A stretch of 64,000 nucleotides of DNA from Epiperipatus broadwayi (Eukaryota > Animalia > Onychophora), in contig JAQFVV010000005.1 of NCBI GenBank assembly GCA_028023455.1, positions 7,440,001 to 7,504,000 of the forward strand. Reading direction: 5' to 3'. The position numbers and the translations under genes are program-made. The notes under the pieces are model-generated. The model did no database searches and had not been told where the DNA came from. It worked only from the letters and a program-made list of their open reading frames with translations. Shown here in pieces: positions 25,858-38,571 of this stretch (position 1 is its first letter; every line of letters starts with the position of its first letter).

Positions 25858-26949
25858 ATGATATTACCTGAGAAAAATTATATAAATAAAAAGTTTCTTC
25901 AGTGTGGTCATCATGATTTCAAGGCTATTCATAAATATGATTTAATAACTCATGAAATAATTCATGCAGGTAATCTAGCTTTACAGTATAACCTGTGTTC
26001 TTATAGAACTTATGATATTTATTCATTAACAGAATATGAAAAACATCATACAGGGAAACTTCTTCAGTGCGATTTATGTGATTGGAAGACAGCAGTAAAT
26101 TATAAATTAGTTAGCCATTTACAACTTCATACAGGAAAAAAACCTTCCCAGTGTAGTCAATGTGATTATAAAACTATGCAAAAAAGTCTTTTAAAAATAC
26201 ATGAAAAAAATCATATAGAAGAATATCCTTTCCAGTGCAGCAGATGTAATTACAAGACCAAAGCTAAATACCATCTAATGGAACACGAAAGACTTCATAC
26301 AGGAGAAAAACCATTTAACTGTAACCAATGTGATTACAGGGCAGCTGCACAGTCAAATATAATAACACATTTAAAAGTTCATTCGAAAGAAAGATTGTTA
26401 AAATGTAGTCAGTGTGATTATAAAACTAATCAGAAATCTTATTTAAAACAACATGAAAAAATTCATACAGTGGAAAGAGCTTTCCAGTGTAATATATGTG
26501 ATTACAAAGCCCCCACTATGCAATGTTTAAAAGAACATGAAAGACACCATACAGGAGAAAAAACATTCAAATGTAGCCTATGCGATTATAAAGCTGGCCT
26601 TAGGTCAGGATTAAGAATCCATAAAATAAATCATACAGGAGAAAAACCATTCAAGTGCAGTCAATGTGATTTTACAGCAGCTGTAAGATCTACTATAACA
26701 CGCCATTTAAAAATTCATTCTGGAGAAAGGACTTTGAAATGTAGTCATTGTGATTATAAAACTCATCACAAAGGTAATTTAAAAACACACGAAAAAATCC
26801 ATACTGGAGAAAAGCCATTCCACTGCAAGATGTGCAATTACACAGCTATTACTAAAAATTGTTTAAATATACATGAAAGAATGCATACAGGAGAAAGACC
26901 TTTCAACGTAGAACATGTGATTACAGAACTGTTAATAAATCCTGTTTAA
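25858..26949 (+). CDS. C2H2 zinc-finger array protein (10 intact fingers, 2 degenerate N-terminal fingers), paralog 2, truncated by frameshift
   Basis: 363-aa ORF; fingers align to paralog 1 (e.g. CDWKTAVNYxL, CSYRTxDIYSLT); reading leaves the finger frame near 26901. Confidence 0.8.
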   Translation: MILPEKNYINKKFLQCGHHDFKAIHKYDLITHEIIHAGNLALQYNLCSYRTYDIYSLTEYEKHHTGKLLQCDLCDWKTAVNYKLVSHLQLHTGKKPSQCSQCDYKTMQKSLLKIHEKNHIEEYPFQCSRCNYKTKAKYHLMEHERLHTGEKPFNCNQCDYRAAAQSNIITHLKVHSKERLLKCSQCDYKTNQKSYLKQHEKIHTVERAFQCNICDYKAPTMQCLKEHERHHTGEKTFKCSLCDYKAGLRSGLRIHKINHTGEKPFKCSQCDFTAAVRSTITRHLKIHSGERTLKCSHCDYKTHHKGNLKTHEKIHTGEKPFHCKMCNYTAITKNCLNIHERMHTGERPFNVEHVITELLINPV

Positions 26950-27213
26950 CTGTCCATGAAAAACTCCATATGAAAGAAAACTCTTATGGTTGTAGTACTG
27001 ATTCCAAATCTACAGCACAAAGTAAACATAAAGCAAAACAAATCTTCACACCACTTTTCTGAAGAAAATCACTCGGAAAAAAAATTTGACATTATTAATA
27101 AAAATTGCTGTTTATGTGGTTATAATGCCATTGGTAATAATAATTTGGCAACTCATGTAAACAGTAATTTCAGTTATGTGGAAACTGTTGAGATTTATAT
27201 GAAATTAAGTTGA
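26901..27213 (+). pseudogene. Frameshifted 3' remainder of zinc-finger paralog 2
   Basis: Alternative frame from ~26901 reads ..TCDYRTVNKSCLTVHEKLHMKE (matches paralog 1 TCNYKAVTKSCLTTHEKIHIKE); ORF 26986-27213 ends CLCGYNAIGNNNLATHVNSNFSYVETVEIYMKLS, matching paralog 1 CLCGYKAIDNNDMKIHINSHFNNVETFKIYMILS. Confidence 0.75.
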
Positions 27214-30200
27214 AAATATTTTTAGTGTAAGACCCAGTTTACTTTATAACAATATTCTATGAATAAATTTGTTTTCAATATATATCTGATAATCAGGAAA
27301 TTACAAGTATTGCCTTCTATTCTTTCATTATAACGAACAGTTTTAATAATAGAATAAAATAATTTCAACATTTACAAACAATGTAATAAATATGTATGAT
27401 CAATATAAGTGAAAAGAAGTGAAAAAATAACTACATATATTTCTCTTGATGTATTTGAAGTCAGTTGCTTGAAGTCACAATTTGTTAATATTATATTAAA
27501 AAATTGAAAAGCAAAAAGTATTTTGGTGATTATTTTTTAAAACCAACTTATTTCAAAATGATTTCACTTTTATACAACAAACACATTAGCTTTTATTTAA
27601 TAAAATAGTTCATTAAGAAGGGAAGTAAGAAAGCTCTGGATTTATCATACAATTTTGTTTACATTTAACATGTATTTTTAGCAGTTCTTTCCACTTATTC
27701 ATTAGACTCATATATTTTAATCTTGAATAATCAATGGACAATAATTAGTAGTGATATTTTATCTTTATCCCCAGAATTGTTTCTAACTTATTAAGATCTT
27801 TATTAGTGAGAACTTTGGACTTCAAGCATATCAGTTCCTGCAGCCATATTTTAACTATTTTATTATTCTCGGTCTGGGACCAACTAATTAATATTCATCG
27901 ATCAAGATTACAATATCATTCTGGTTGCATATTTAATTATAACAAATTTTATTTTGTCCCAACATATACACAAATAGTTATAAAATTACATATCGTGTGT
28001 ATGATTTTTTTTTTTCTTTTAAGCTTATTGAATATGACTGTTATTAATTTATTTTTACATAAATAAAAGTTGAAAAAAGTATCATTTAATTAAAATGTAA
28101 TTTGTATTTTTATATTTTTATAAATTCAACAGTAAGAATAATTACTATATGTAGATGAACAAAAGTTTATAAATTTGAATTACAAATGTAAACGAACAGG
28201 GAAAAAAAAATCAATATTATTATTAGAGTAAATATTTTCCTATTCACAGCTAAAGGTATTAATTTGAATAAAAAATCTTGCTCATTTAATAAATGGCTTA
28301 ATCTCTCACATAGTCAATCTCACAATATTTATTTAACAAAGAAAATATAAGTTTTTCATCATTTCAATATTTAGTGATAGTTATTCAGCTTACAAAGCTT
28401 GGTTGTAATTAATGCAGATGATCATTCATTAAAACAGTCACTTCGAAGATTTGGAACTTACTCTTATCAGAATTATTGCAAAAACTAAATAAATGAGAAG
28501 ATTAACAGTAATTTTTATTATTTTATTTTTATGAAATAATTCACTTCTCTCAGTGACTTTAATAAAATTTGTTATATGGTATTACTGGATTTTTCTTAAT
28601 TCATCAGTTTATAAATTTATTTCAAATATAACATCTTTATAAACATATTACTAAATAACTATAAACATTATCTTTCTAACTTAGTTCTATATTTAGCTTA
28701 TATTTTCATGTTGTTTTATTATTAATTAGATTTGGAAACACAATGGGAATACAATAATTAAGTTTGATTGCTATATCTTGTAATTTCTCAATTCCTTTCC
28801 CATTATTCATGAACTAATAACTAAAAAAGTAAATGTTGCACAATATAGAGAATGTTGATTATTACAAACTAAAAGAAACTGTTGTGCATAGCTTTTAATG
28901 TTAGTATTCAAACAGTATTAGATTTGAGCAAATTGACTATGCAATTATTATTTTTTTATTAATGTGGTATGTATTATATGTTTGATTATCTAAAATTTTT
29001 TGACAAGGATGGTTTGAAAAATCAAATGATTTCAGTAATCAAATATGATATAGTATTACATTTATTATATCATTATACTTTGAAGTATGATACATTATAA
29101 AAAAAAAATTAAAAAGGGGTTTTACTTTAAAATAAAAAACATAAGAATAACTAGAAAAAGTCTGGCTATAAGTAAAAGGTCCAAACAGAAAATATAAAAA
29201 AGTCATCAATACACATAAATATAGAAGAAATAATAGTAAAATTGATAGAATTACAGTTTGTTTATAGCAAGAGATGAATAATTTTTATAAGAATGTTGAT
29301 AAAAATTCAAAATAAAAATCCTCAAGAAAAAGGTAGCAAATTAAAATCTCAGAATCTGATAAGAAAGTGAATGAAACTAAGATCTTATACATCCAACAAA
29401 AAAGTATTTAAATAAAATAATGTACATTGGAAATAAAAAGTGTATTCGAAGAAAATCAACCTTCTGATTATCTAACTATGGTGATCAGTATTTAAATATC
29501 AAGACATTTTAAGAGCAAATAAATAAAGCATCAATATATCATTTGAACAGTCAGATATTTTATTTTAAATGATAATAGAAGGAAAATTAGCCATAGCATA
29601 TAGATGCCTTCAAAGTTATGTATTATAGGCATGGGGTGACTCCTTGATTAATAAATCTGACAGCTTCCAGAAATATATGATTCATAAACACCATTCCTTT
29701 AGAAGCAAATGGAAAAATCAAGAACTTTAATAGTACATTCTTGTCAGAAAGTTGAATCATCTATATAATTAATCAGAATATGAAACAAATGGACCATTAA
29801 TCAAATAGCTGAGTAATTAACATATAGGATGTGAGCGTGCAACTAATAGACGATTTTGCATGCAGAAGAGATTTCATCCAACAAAACAGGTCTACAGCTA
29901 AGATTAGAGAAGTGCTATATATAAATAAATGCAGTCAATGTAATGAGAAAAAAAAATCCCTCCAGAATAGGATACCCTTGGAAAATTCATTCAAGAAAAG
30001 CAAGTGCTGGCAAAATTGCAGATGAAAATAACTGGAAAGATAAAGCTAGCTATGACCAAACTATCAGTATGAGCTATCAGAGTTAAAATGCCATCATATC
30101 TAAGAAAATACATGGCCAGTTGTAAGACTAATCAGGATATAACTACCAAAATGTTTGTTACTCTTTTGAAGTTTATAGATTTGTTGAAGGGTGTCATATT

Positions 30201-30934
30201 TGAAAAATTTGTATTTCAGATTAGTGACCTACTATTAATCAAACCATCATATGTAAGCCATCCAGGAAAATAATCACATAAAAAGTTCAAAAATTTGTAT
30301 GAGTGTCCCTATAAAATTGTCAGATGATAGTGATAGTCTATTTTAGATAGATGATGGCAAGTCAAAGATACATATAATGCAAAGCTTATAAAACTCTTTA
30401 AGAGAAAATTGAAAGGGACACAGTATCAATACAATTTTTCACAATCATTAAAGATATGAATGTATAAAGTAACTGTTCATTAAGGTTGAGAGCGGATGTA
30501 CACATATCAGATATGCAGCTTAATTATTATTGAAATAACTTTTGATGCCAAGATAATTTTATATTTTAAGATACTGTATCAATTGAATTCTAGATCTTTT
30601 TATATGACTTCACCAGTTCCATATGCCCTAGGATTATATTGGTAAGTAGATTTGTTCAGTGGTTATGTACAATGTGTGATTGTGTGTATGACAAGTGTCC
30701 AGTTGGTAATTTTAAAGCATCACAAAGTACCAAAAGGTGTATGGTAGCATGAAATTGAGCAGTGATCTGGAGTAAATCTTTTCCAATAGTGAGTAATAGT
30801 AGGAATAAAACTTTAATGAGAATTAAAATTCATTTTCTTGTTAGATCTTATGAAAAAAAAAAGAAGTTAAAAATCCAATATGTGAGAGTGATTCTGCATC
30901 AACATATTTAATATACATAACAATAATTACTAAC

Positions 30935-31356
30935 ATCACTTGATCACCATTTATTTATTTATTTATTGGCTTAAAACCAATCCTGCCTAATAGGATATTG
31001 GTGGCTGTGGTTATTAAAGAACCAAAGAGTATGGGTACTGAACTGTGTTCAGACCTATATGACTATATAAACTGATGAGCTTGGATTGAAAATATTAAGG
31101 TGTTTTCAATTTAAGACTCATAGTTTTGTGGTTAAATAGAGATAAAAGGTGGCTGCTGGAGGGTTGCATTAGATCCTAAGATATAGATGCAATGCTTTCA
31201 GATCTAAGGCTCCTCACTGACGAAGGCCACAAGCCAGAAACTAGTCTGGGGATATTGGATGAGTAGGCACTAGATGGGAATTTTATGCTTCTGGCATCCA
31301 TTGATTACTTTAGCTTGCAGAGAATGGTAATATGTATAGTGAGTTTTGCCTGTTTT
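30935..31356 (+). mobile_element. Family A locus 3 (short inverted tail piece plus nearly full unit)
   Basis: 13-bp TSD aataattactaac at 30922-30934 and 31357-31369. Confidence 0.88.
31204..31260 (+). ncRNA. Minimal type-I hammerhead ribozyme motif (family A)
   Basis: cuccuca-CUGACGA(31217-31223)-A-GGC-cacaa-GCC-A-GAAA(31237-31240)-C-UA-GUC-uggggau. Confidence 0.75.
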
Positions 31357-32879
31357 AATAATTACTAACTTGAGAGTAATTTCTATAGTGATGACAAAAC
31401 CTGTTAGTAAGATTGTAAATCATTGTCAAAACAAATTGGCATGGAAAAATAAATAATTCTAATGATAAATGAAAATATATACAAACATTTATTTTTCTAT
31501 CTTTTTGGAAGGATGTATTGTGATTAGATAAATCAAATCTCAAAAGCACTAAATGAGATCTTGATTCAAACGTTGGATATGGAGTTTGTTAAAAGACAGT
31601 TTAGAAAATTAAAGCTAGAAGTAGACTAAAAAAGAATTTATATGAAAGTGTGATTAAAAATGTTTACTTATGATAATCCAAAATGAAAAGAAAAAGGGTA
31701 CTGAATAAAAAAATAAAGGAGTGCATATTGTTGAGAATTTCTTGATGACTGACAATCATTAAATAAAAATATTTTACACTCACTAATTTTAAGAGGAAGA
31801 AAATCACTCACTGAGAGATTTATAATGATATACAATTCATTTAAATGCTGATTTATTACTGCAAGTGTGGCATGTGTCATTTTTAAATTTGCACATCATT
31901 TTTACATGGCCTTTAACATGTCCAGATGTTTGTCATACTTTGCTAGTTCATAGACTGTGGTTGCACTTTGTTTATCATTGCTTTAAATTTATTTTTGTAG
32001 TATTCTGGAATTCTGCAGCATATTCTAACATGGCTTCATAAATTATTTCCTTTTTAATAGCTGGAGTACACATTAAACCTGTTTTACTTAAAGATATCTG
32101 AGCTGGTTATAACACATACTCCATAAGAATTAGTCTGATAGCATGTCTTCCAACTTTGCTCTGAAATCACATTACTTTGTCAGTGTAAGTATTCCTACAT
32201 TATAATCTTTTATGCTTTCATATGGTAACTGGCTTCTGTTTCTGAAGTGTATACATATTACATGTCTGGATGTAGTATGCTTCAAATATGTGTTGAATTT
32301 TTCATAAATTTAAAATATCCTCAGAAACCTTTGAATCGCAGTCAGTTGGATATAAGCAACATATCTGTTTGCTATCCATATCTCTGTTGCAGCTTTTAAT
32401 TTGTTATCAGCTATATTGTTGATAAGCATATATCTTTCTACTTGAGCCACACAAATCTGAAACCCCACTCACTGTCTTGTTAATATCACATTCAATTATG
32501 GAGATGTTTTGCAGTGCCATTTTGTTTTGCTTGGTTGATTTCCCATTATTATCTCTGTTAATCTACCATGACTCTTCACAGTTCTCCCAAATGGTCAATT
32601 CTGCTACTATACGTAGGTTTTACAAACGGCTGAACAGTGCCATTCTTCTATATTCAGGAATCATTCTCTATCACAAGCTGAATTTATACCTATATTGTAT
32701 TTAAATAAACACTCAACTCAGAGAATAAAATAACAGCTAGAGTTTATTAATACTAAAATAATGATAATAGCAAGAACAATAATGTTAATAATAACAATAA
32801 TAACCACAACAACAATAATAGAATAATATAATTGAATTTCTTAAAACAAATAATCTCCTTGTGATAAAAAATCATGCAC

Positions 32880-33400
32880 AGAACCTAACAAGTATGTACA
32901 TGTGAAAATCTTAAATATAAAATATGAATTATCATTAATTACAATCCAATCCCTAATTGATTTGCTAATTTTTTTTCTTGGTAAATCATTAGCATAAATT
33001 TTAATATTCCTCATAAATATATTGTAAAATTTTGGGCCACGATAACATTTTTGATACAAATAATAGGTTTTAAAATATATTGCTTCAAATAAAGCAAAAT
33101 CTGGTTAATATTATTGTTGAAAAATCATTTTTATTATATTCCTTATTTTTAAAATAGTTACGCAAAATGATTAAAATAAATAATTGGTTGATGGTTAAAA
33201 CTCCAGGACATTTATATAATTCAAATATTTTAAGATCCAAAGATTTAAAGAAAATAATTCTTAGTGTAAAGTTTTTAAGTGTTTGCAAAAATTTCAAATA
33301 ATAAGCTGCAGTCCCACCCCATAATGTTATTCTATAACATAATATGCTTAAATATATCTGTTGGAGTACATTTAATAGAACATATTTATGCAAAAAATCT
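32880..33400 (-). mobile_element. 3' fragment of a non-LTR retrotransposon (RT C-terminal region)
   Basis: ILCYRITLWGGTAAYYLKFLQTLKNFTLRII...GVLTINQLFI followed by YRGPKFYN...IRDWI, typical of LINE ORF2 C-termini (jockey/CR1-like). Confidence 0.7.
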
Positions 33401-33989
33401 CTTATTCTATAAAAAAAAATAAATTAATTTTCTTAATTTCACTTGAAAGAAAAAATGTTTATTCCAACGCAGATGTTCATCGAAAGTCAAAACAAAGTAA
33501 GATACTATTGGAGTTCTGGTAATTTTTTGACATGGGTTGATCCAATGTCTTTTACTGGAACATTTTTCTGTGAATATACTATATATTTATATTTATTAAT
33601 ATTTTAAAAAAATCTAGTTTTATTCATTCATTGTGCAATTTTTAGCAAATTTCATTCATAAGTTTCTCCAGTAAACTATTAAATTTCTGAAGTAACCAAA
33701 GCAGTATCATTCATAAACAAAAAATGTTGAATTGAAGAGAAAGATAAAATAAATCATTAATATAAATAGTAAATAACAAAGATCCAAGAACTTAAGCCTG
33801 ATGAACACAAAATAATTAAAAATACTGTTAATTTTAACAAATTGGAATAACAGTAACAACAGCAGCAACAACAATAATAATTTAAGTCAATTTGATTTAA
33901 TCAAATCAATGTACTACTCTACAGGCATACATAAAAAGCATAATTACAGAACACAATATTAATAATAAACAAAAAAAAAATGTAAAAAC

Positions 33990-34720
33990 AAAAATAATAT
34001 ATATAAATACAAAAGTATATTACAGGTGTTTAAATATATATATAAATATTGATTTCACTTTTAATTTCATTTACAGTTAAATGATAAATATAAACATGAT
34101 TATAATATGCATTAAATAACCTTGGAAGTCGAAATAATGTGGAATCTTTCAAATAATTAGTTTTAAATTTTGCTATGTAAAAAGTCTTAGCATGTTTCAT
34201 ATGCATGTCAGGAATACTGTAAGTAATTTCACTAATGCAGTTTTGTATGTAGATATGTCCTTTGATTATCTTTGTCAAACATATAGTATCACCAAGATTT
34301 CTTAATAGTTTGAAGAAAACATGAGGAGAATTACATACTGCTCCAAAATTTGCATTTTTAATAATTTATAAATTTTCTTTGTAATGCATCCAAAGCTCTA
34401 CTATGTATGAGAGTGATTGTCAGAGTTCCAAACAAAGTTTAAAATTGGTAATATCAAAAACATAAAAAGATATTCATAACTTTCTCTATTAAGAAATCTT
34501 ACACCCGTAAAAATGCAATCCACAACATTAAAAGCTTTAGAGAATAAATAATGTATATGATCTGAGAATAGTATTAAATCTAAAATTATACCTAAATCTT
34601 TATAGATTCATTTACCCTCAAAATATTATTTCCTTTTAATATATAATTAAATAGTATGGGATTTATTTTCCTTGAAAAAGTAATCATTTTAGGATTTTTA
34701 ATACACCATAATTCAAATCT
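33990..34720 (-). mobile_element. 3' fragment of a second LINE family (RT C-terminal region)
   Basis: KDLGIILD motif near 34590 and FKTNYLKDSTLFRLPRLFN...IYHLTVNEIKSEI near the 3' end. Confidence 0.65.
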
Positions 34721-37044
34721 TTTGATATAATTTTGTAGATAATTACAATCATTCGGTGATTTAATATATGTATTTAATTATTCAAGTGACTGGGTTTCAA
34801 ATGGTTCACAATGCGTTCATATTTCGCTGTGATTCAATTTCTGATCCCACATTCAGATTAACTGTAGTTGTTATATTATCTTTGGTTCTGTGTTTTGTAA
34901 ATACCCGCTCCTGCTAGATGGAGTAGTTGTTCCTATTTCAATGAGTTAGCATTTTGACTTTGCTTAATCCAGAGAACTTTCAGGTGATGGAGATTCTGTT
35001 TCACAAGTTGTACCAATAAATTTAGTTTTTTTAGACGTAGTTGAGTTTATAATTGCTTTTTTCTTGAATTTCAATTGATTGTGTTTACTAATACATTAGC
35101 TTCTATAGGATCTTAAACTGGTGTAAGATTATCAAGGCTAAAGTTTTCCAATTGGGGTATGCATTTATTTAGTTCCTTGGGAGCATTAATTGTCTCTATC
35201 CTCATTAACTGATATATGTTTATTAACACACCAACGTATTTTGTATTCTTAAGTCTACATAGCTTACACTTATTAACAAGATGGTCTCTAGCTTTACAGT
35301 AAAAGCACCAAGGTGGAATGTATCAAAGGAGATGAATCTGTCACATGCAATGTTGGAATGTCTGTAGCTTGGACATTTTTATTTAATAAAATAATGAAAA
35401 TTGCTGGCACAGCAGCTCTTCATTCTAATAAATAATTACAGTTGGATACAGTCCCATAACTCTTTAATAAGTCCCGAAGTTCTTGGGCTTTAAAATCAAT
35501 GTGGCAATTTTTAATTTATTTTGTCAAATTTGCTGGTCTGATCTACATAACATATAATCTTATCATTAAGAGTGAATGTTTTGTTTTTTTCTTCAAATAT
35601 TTGCTTCTGAGTCATATTATTATGATAGTGTAATATTTTTTGTAATAAATAACTATAAAATTTATTACTAGGGAACTTCATAATTGAAATATTAGTATCT
35701 ATTTTATTATGATGAAGTTTTAATATTTTTAAACTTTTGAAAAGATTTTAAGACATGTTGGAATTGTCATCATAAATTTATCACAGCATTATTTAGAGGC
35801 AAAAAAATCAGCATTTTTCTGTTTCATTAAAATTGTACTATCAAAATTAAAAATTCCTGATATATTTTGGGTTATTTCATTAATATCCTGCTCAATTTTA
35901 CCTTTTAAAAATTAGCATAAGTTGGTTTAGAATTTTTAGTTATCTGAAAAGAATCAGGTAAAGCTTCAAACACATTGGTGTCAGTTTTAAATTTAACAAA
36001 ACGACTACTATTCTCTTCCACTATTTGTGTGGTAATCTTATCAGTAGAAACTAGATCTTGAAAAAAATGTGGCTTATCTAACATTAGCAATATTAACATT
36101 TGATTTAGAATTTCAAATATCAGACATTTAAAATGTAATATTTTCTTTTAGCTTAATAATTATTTTAGCCTTGAAAAAACCTTACCTTGGAGAAAAATTT
36201 GCTCTATTTGTGAAATTTTTACCTAAAATTCTTTTTTTTTAAAAAGAAAATTCCTATTTATTTTTAATGAAGTAAAATTTACGGGGTTTGAATCAATGTA
36301 TTAGTTATAATATACATAAGTGTGTAAATTAAAGATTTTTTTGTCTGTTAATATATTTTTGATCGGACTCCCATAGAACACCGTTCAACTATCACCACGG
36401 AAAACAAACATGGAAGGCTGAGAAGTCATTTGGAATGTTTGACCCAATCTTTCAGATATATAAATCGTGCACCAAAATGGATGGCTTCATGCATCCCGCT
36501 AATATTGATGATAAATAGAATATATTTATTGTCAGATTTGCATCTGTCTTTAAATATAAAATTCTCTGCAGAGTAACATCAATAATACAATCATTTGAAA
36601 CAGTTGTGCTTAATTACGATTAGATGTGCTCGAACATTACACAACTTCCATATCGACTAAACAGTTTATTATTTTCGTTTTGTGCAGTTTAATGCTCTTG
36701 TAGAGTGACGGATTTGAAAGTTGAAAATTTCTGAATCAAAACTCAAACAGTTATTGGTAATGCTCGTATATCATACGAACTTTTATTAATAATTTTCTCT
36801 TAATATACACATGAATATCCTAAAATTATTATAATATTACCCAGTTTTTTAAGATTATTTTCATTTTTTAAAAATTATTTATGTTTTTATTTCAAGTTAT
36901 ATTTTCATTTCCCTCGATTTCGACATACGTGCACACTTTTAACAATGGTACAGTTATTACTTCCGATATAAATAATGGATGTGATGTGATGTACTGTAGC
37001 TTCTTCGTAAACGAAGTCAAGAAACTTGTTAGCTACTTAATTTT

Positions 37045-38500
37045 ACATTCCCTAGTCTAAGATTTCCCATATTCTGCTCCATCCCATTTCCACAACATAA
37101 TCTTTGTCAACTCTATAGCCTTTATATCTAAATCCCCCATATCTTTTTCCAAACCCAGCATAAAAAACCAATAATCTACTTTCTGTATAATCACTTTTTC
37201 ATATTTATTTTTCCATAACCTCATTATTTGTGCCCTTTCTGTTTTCAAACATTTACATTCAATTAGCAAATGCCTAATATTTTCTATTCCTTCCTTACAT
37301 AATTTATAGACTAAATCACCCATATTTTTCCATTTACATGTATATTCTCTTGTTGCTAAAGATCCTGTTCGAGCCTTAAACAATAAACTATTTTCCTTAC
37401 TATTATCATATATTAACTCACACCTAATATTCTGTTTATTTCTATATATATATATATATTTAAACTCTTTTTACTCTCCATACTAGTTCTCCATCTCTCT
37501 AACTCCCTATTCCTTATTAATAAATCTATTCTTTTATCCCATACCTTACCACTATAACACTGAACAATCCTCCTAACACAATCATCCTATCTTTTGTACA
37601 AATTTACTGATATAAATTCTTTATCCAAATCTTTTGCATACCATATTAGCTTTCTCACCCATCTTGTTGCCTGCTCTTTACTCATAACCTAATTAAATAC
37701 TATTTTGGCTATTTTTTTTTATTATCTATAAACTGCAATCTACCAAACATTTTCATTTTACTTTTTGCATCTCTCATATGAAAACTTGACCATCCCATTT
37801 CTCCTTGAATTGCCTCCCTTGTTATCCATAAATCTGCATCCAATGCATGTCTTCCTACTTCCCTTTGAACTTTTTCTAAGTAATTTAATACCCCATTACT
37901 AACATATAATGCATCATTACCATATGTTAACTCTGCTACCGCAACTCCTTTCCATATAATTCTAGCTACATCATATTTATTATATGAACACACTGTTAAT
38001 TTCTTTATCAATCCCTTTTTTTTTTGCTTCATTTATCAATTTTTTCTCCCATTTATCCAAATAATTTTTCTGATTATTTAAAATAATTCCCAAATAACTA
38101 TATCTATTCACCAGTATTAACCATCATTATATTTGATTTTTCTTCACTAAATTTAATCCCCATCTCTTTACCCACCCTTGCATATGTCCTCAACATAACT
38201 TTCATATCTTCTCTTCTTTCTGCACACAAAAATATATCATCCACAAAAAAAAAGACCTGACAAATATATACTCCCTTACTACCTATTAACAGTATCTCTA
38301 TCCTTCTTCGTAGTCTTTCTATTGCTCTTTCCATTTCACTCAAATACAACACAAACAAAATAGGTGACATAGGGCAGCATCCTTGCCTTAATCCTACCCC
38401 ATTTTTAACTTTAACTGATTCCCAAATTTGCTAAACTTATCCATAATCTATTTATATTTACTCTATCATATGCCTTATCTATATAAAACTATAAATTTAT
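37045..38500 (-). mobile_element. 5'-truncated CR1/L2-like LINE (RT domains 4-7 and C-terminal Cys/His region), frameshifted
   Basis: LRQGCCPMSPILFVLY, FFVDDI, IWKGVAVAELTYGN, AIQGEMGWSSF, FKARTGSL...ENIRHLLIECK. Confidence 0.85.
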
Positions 38501-38522
38501 CTAGTGACTAAATTGTAATGGC

Positions 38523-38527
<5 letters not shown>

Positions 38528-38567
<40 letters not shown>
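38528..38567. repeat. (TA)n microsatellite at the RTE 3' junction
   Basis: About 20 TA units; a shorter (TA)n run flanks the other end (41848-41860). Confidence 0.95.

Positions 38568-38571
<4 letters not shown>

Noticed and set aside
31072-31110. Second CUGAUGA...GAAA string inside the family A unit
   Set aside because: No stem II pairing, other copies read CUAAUGA, and GAAA lies in a ttgaaaa/ttttcaa hairpin; not a credible HHR.
36996-37036. Branched hairpin with GAAAC-UU-GUU and gtagct/agctac stem
   Set aside because: Looks hammerhead-like but lacks the CUGANGA core.
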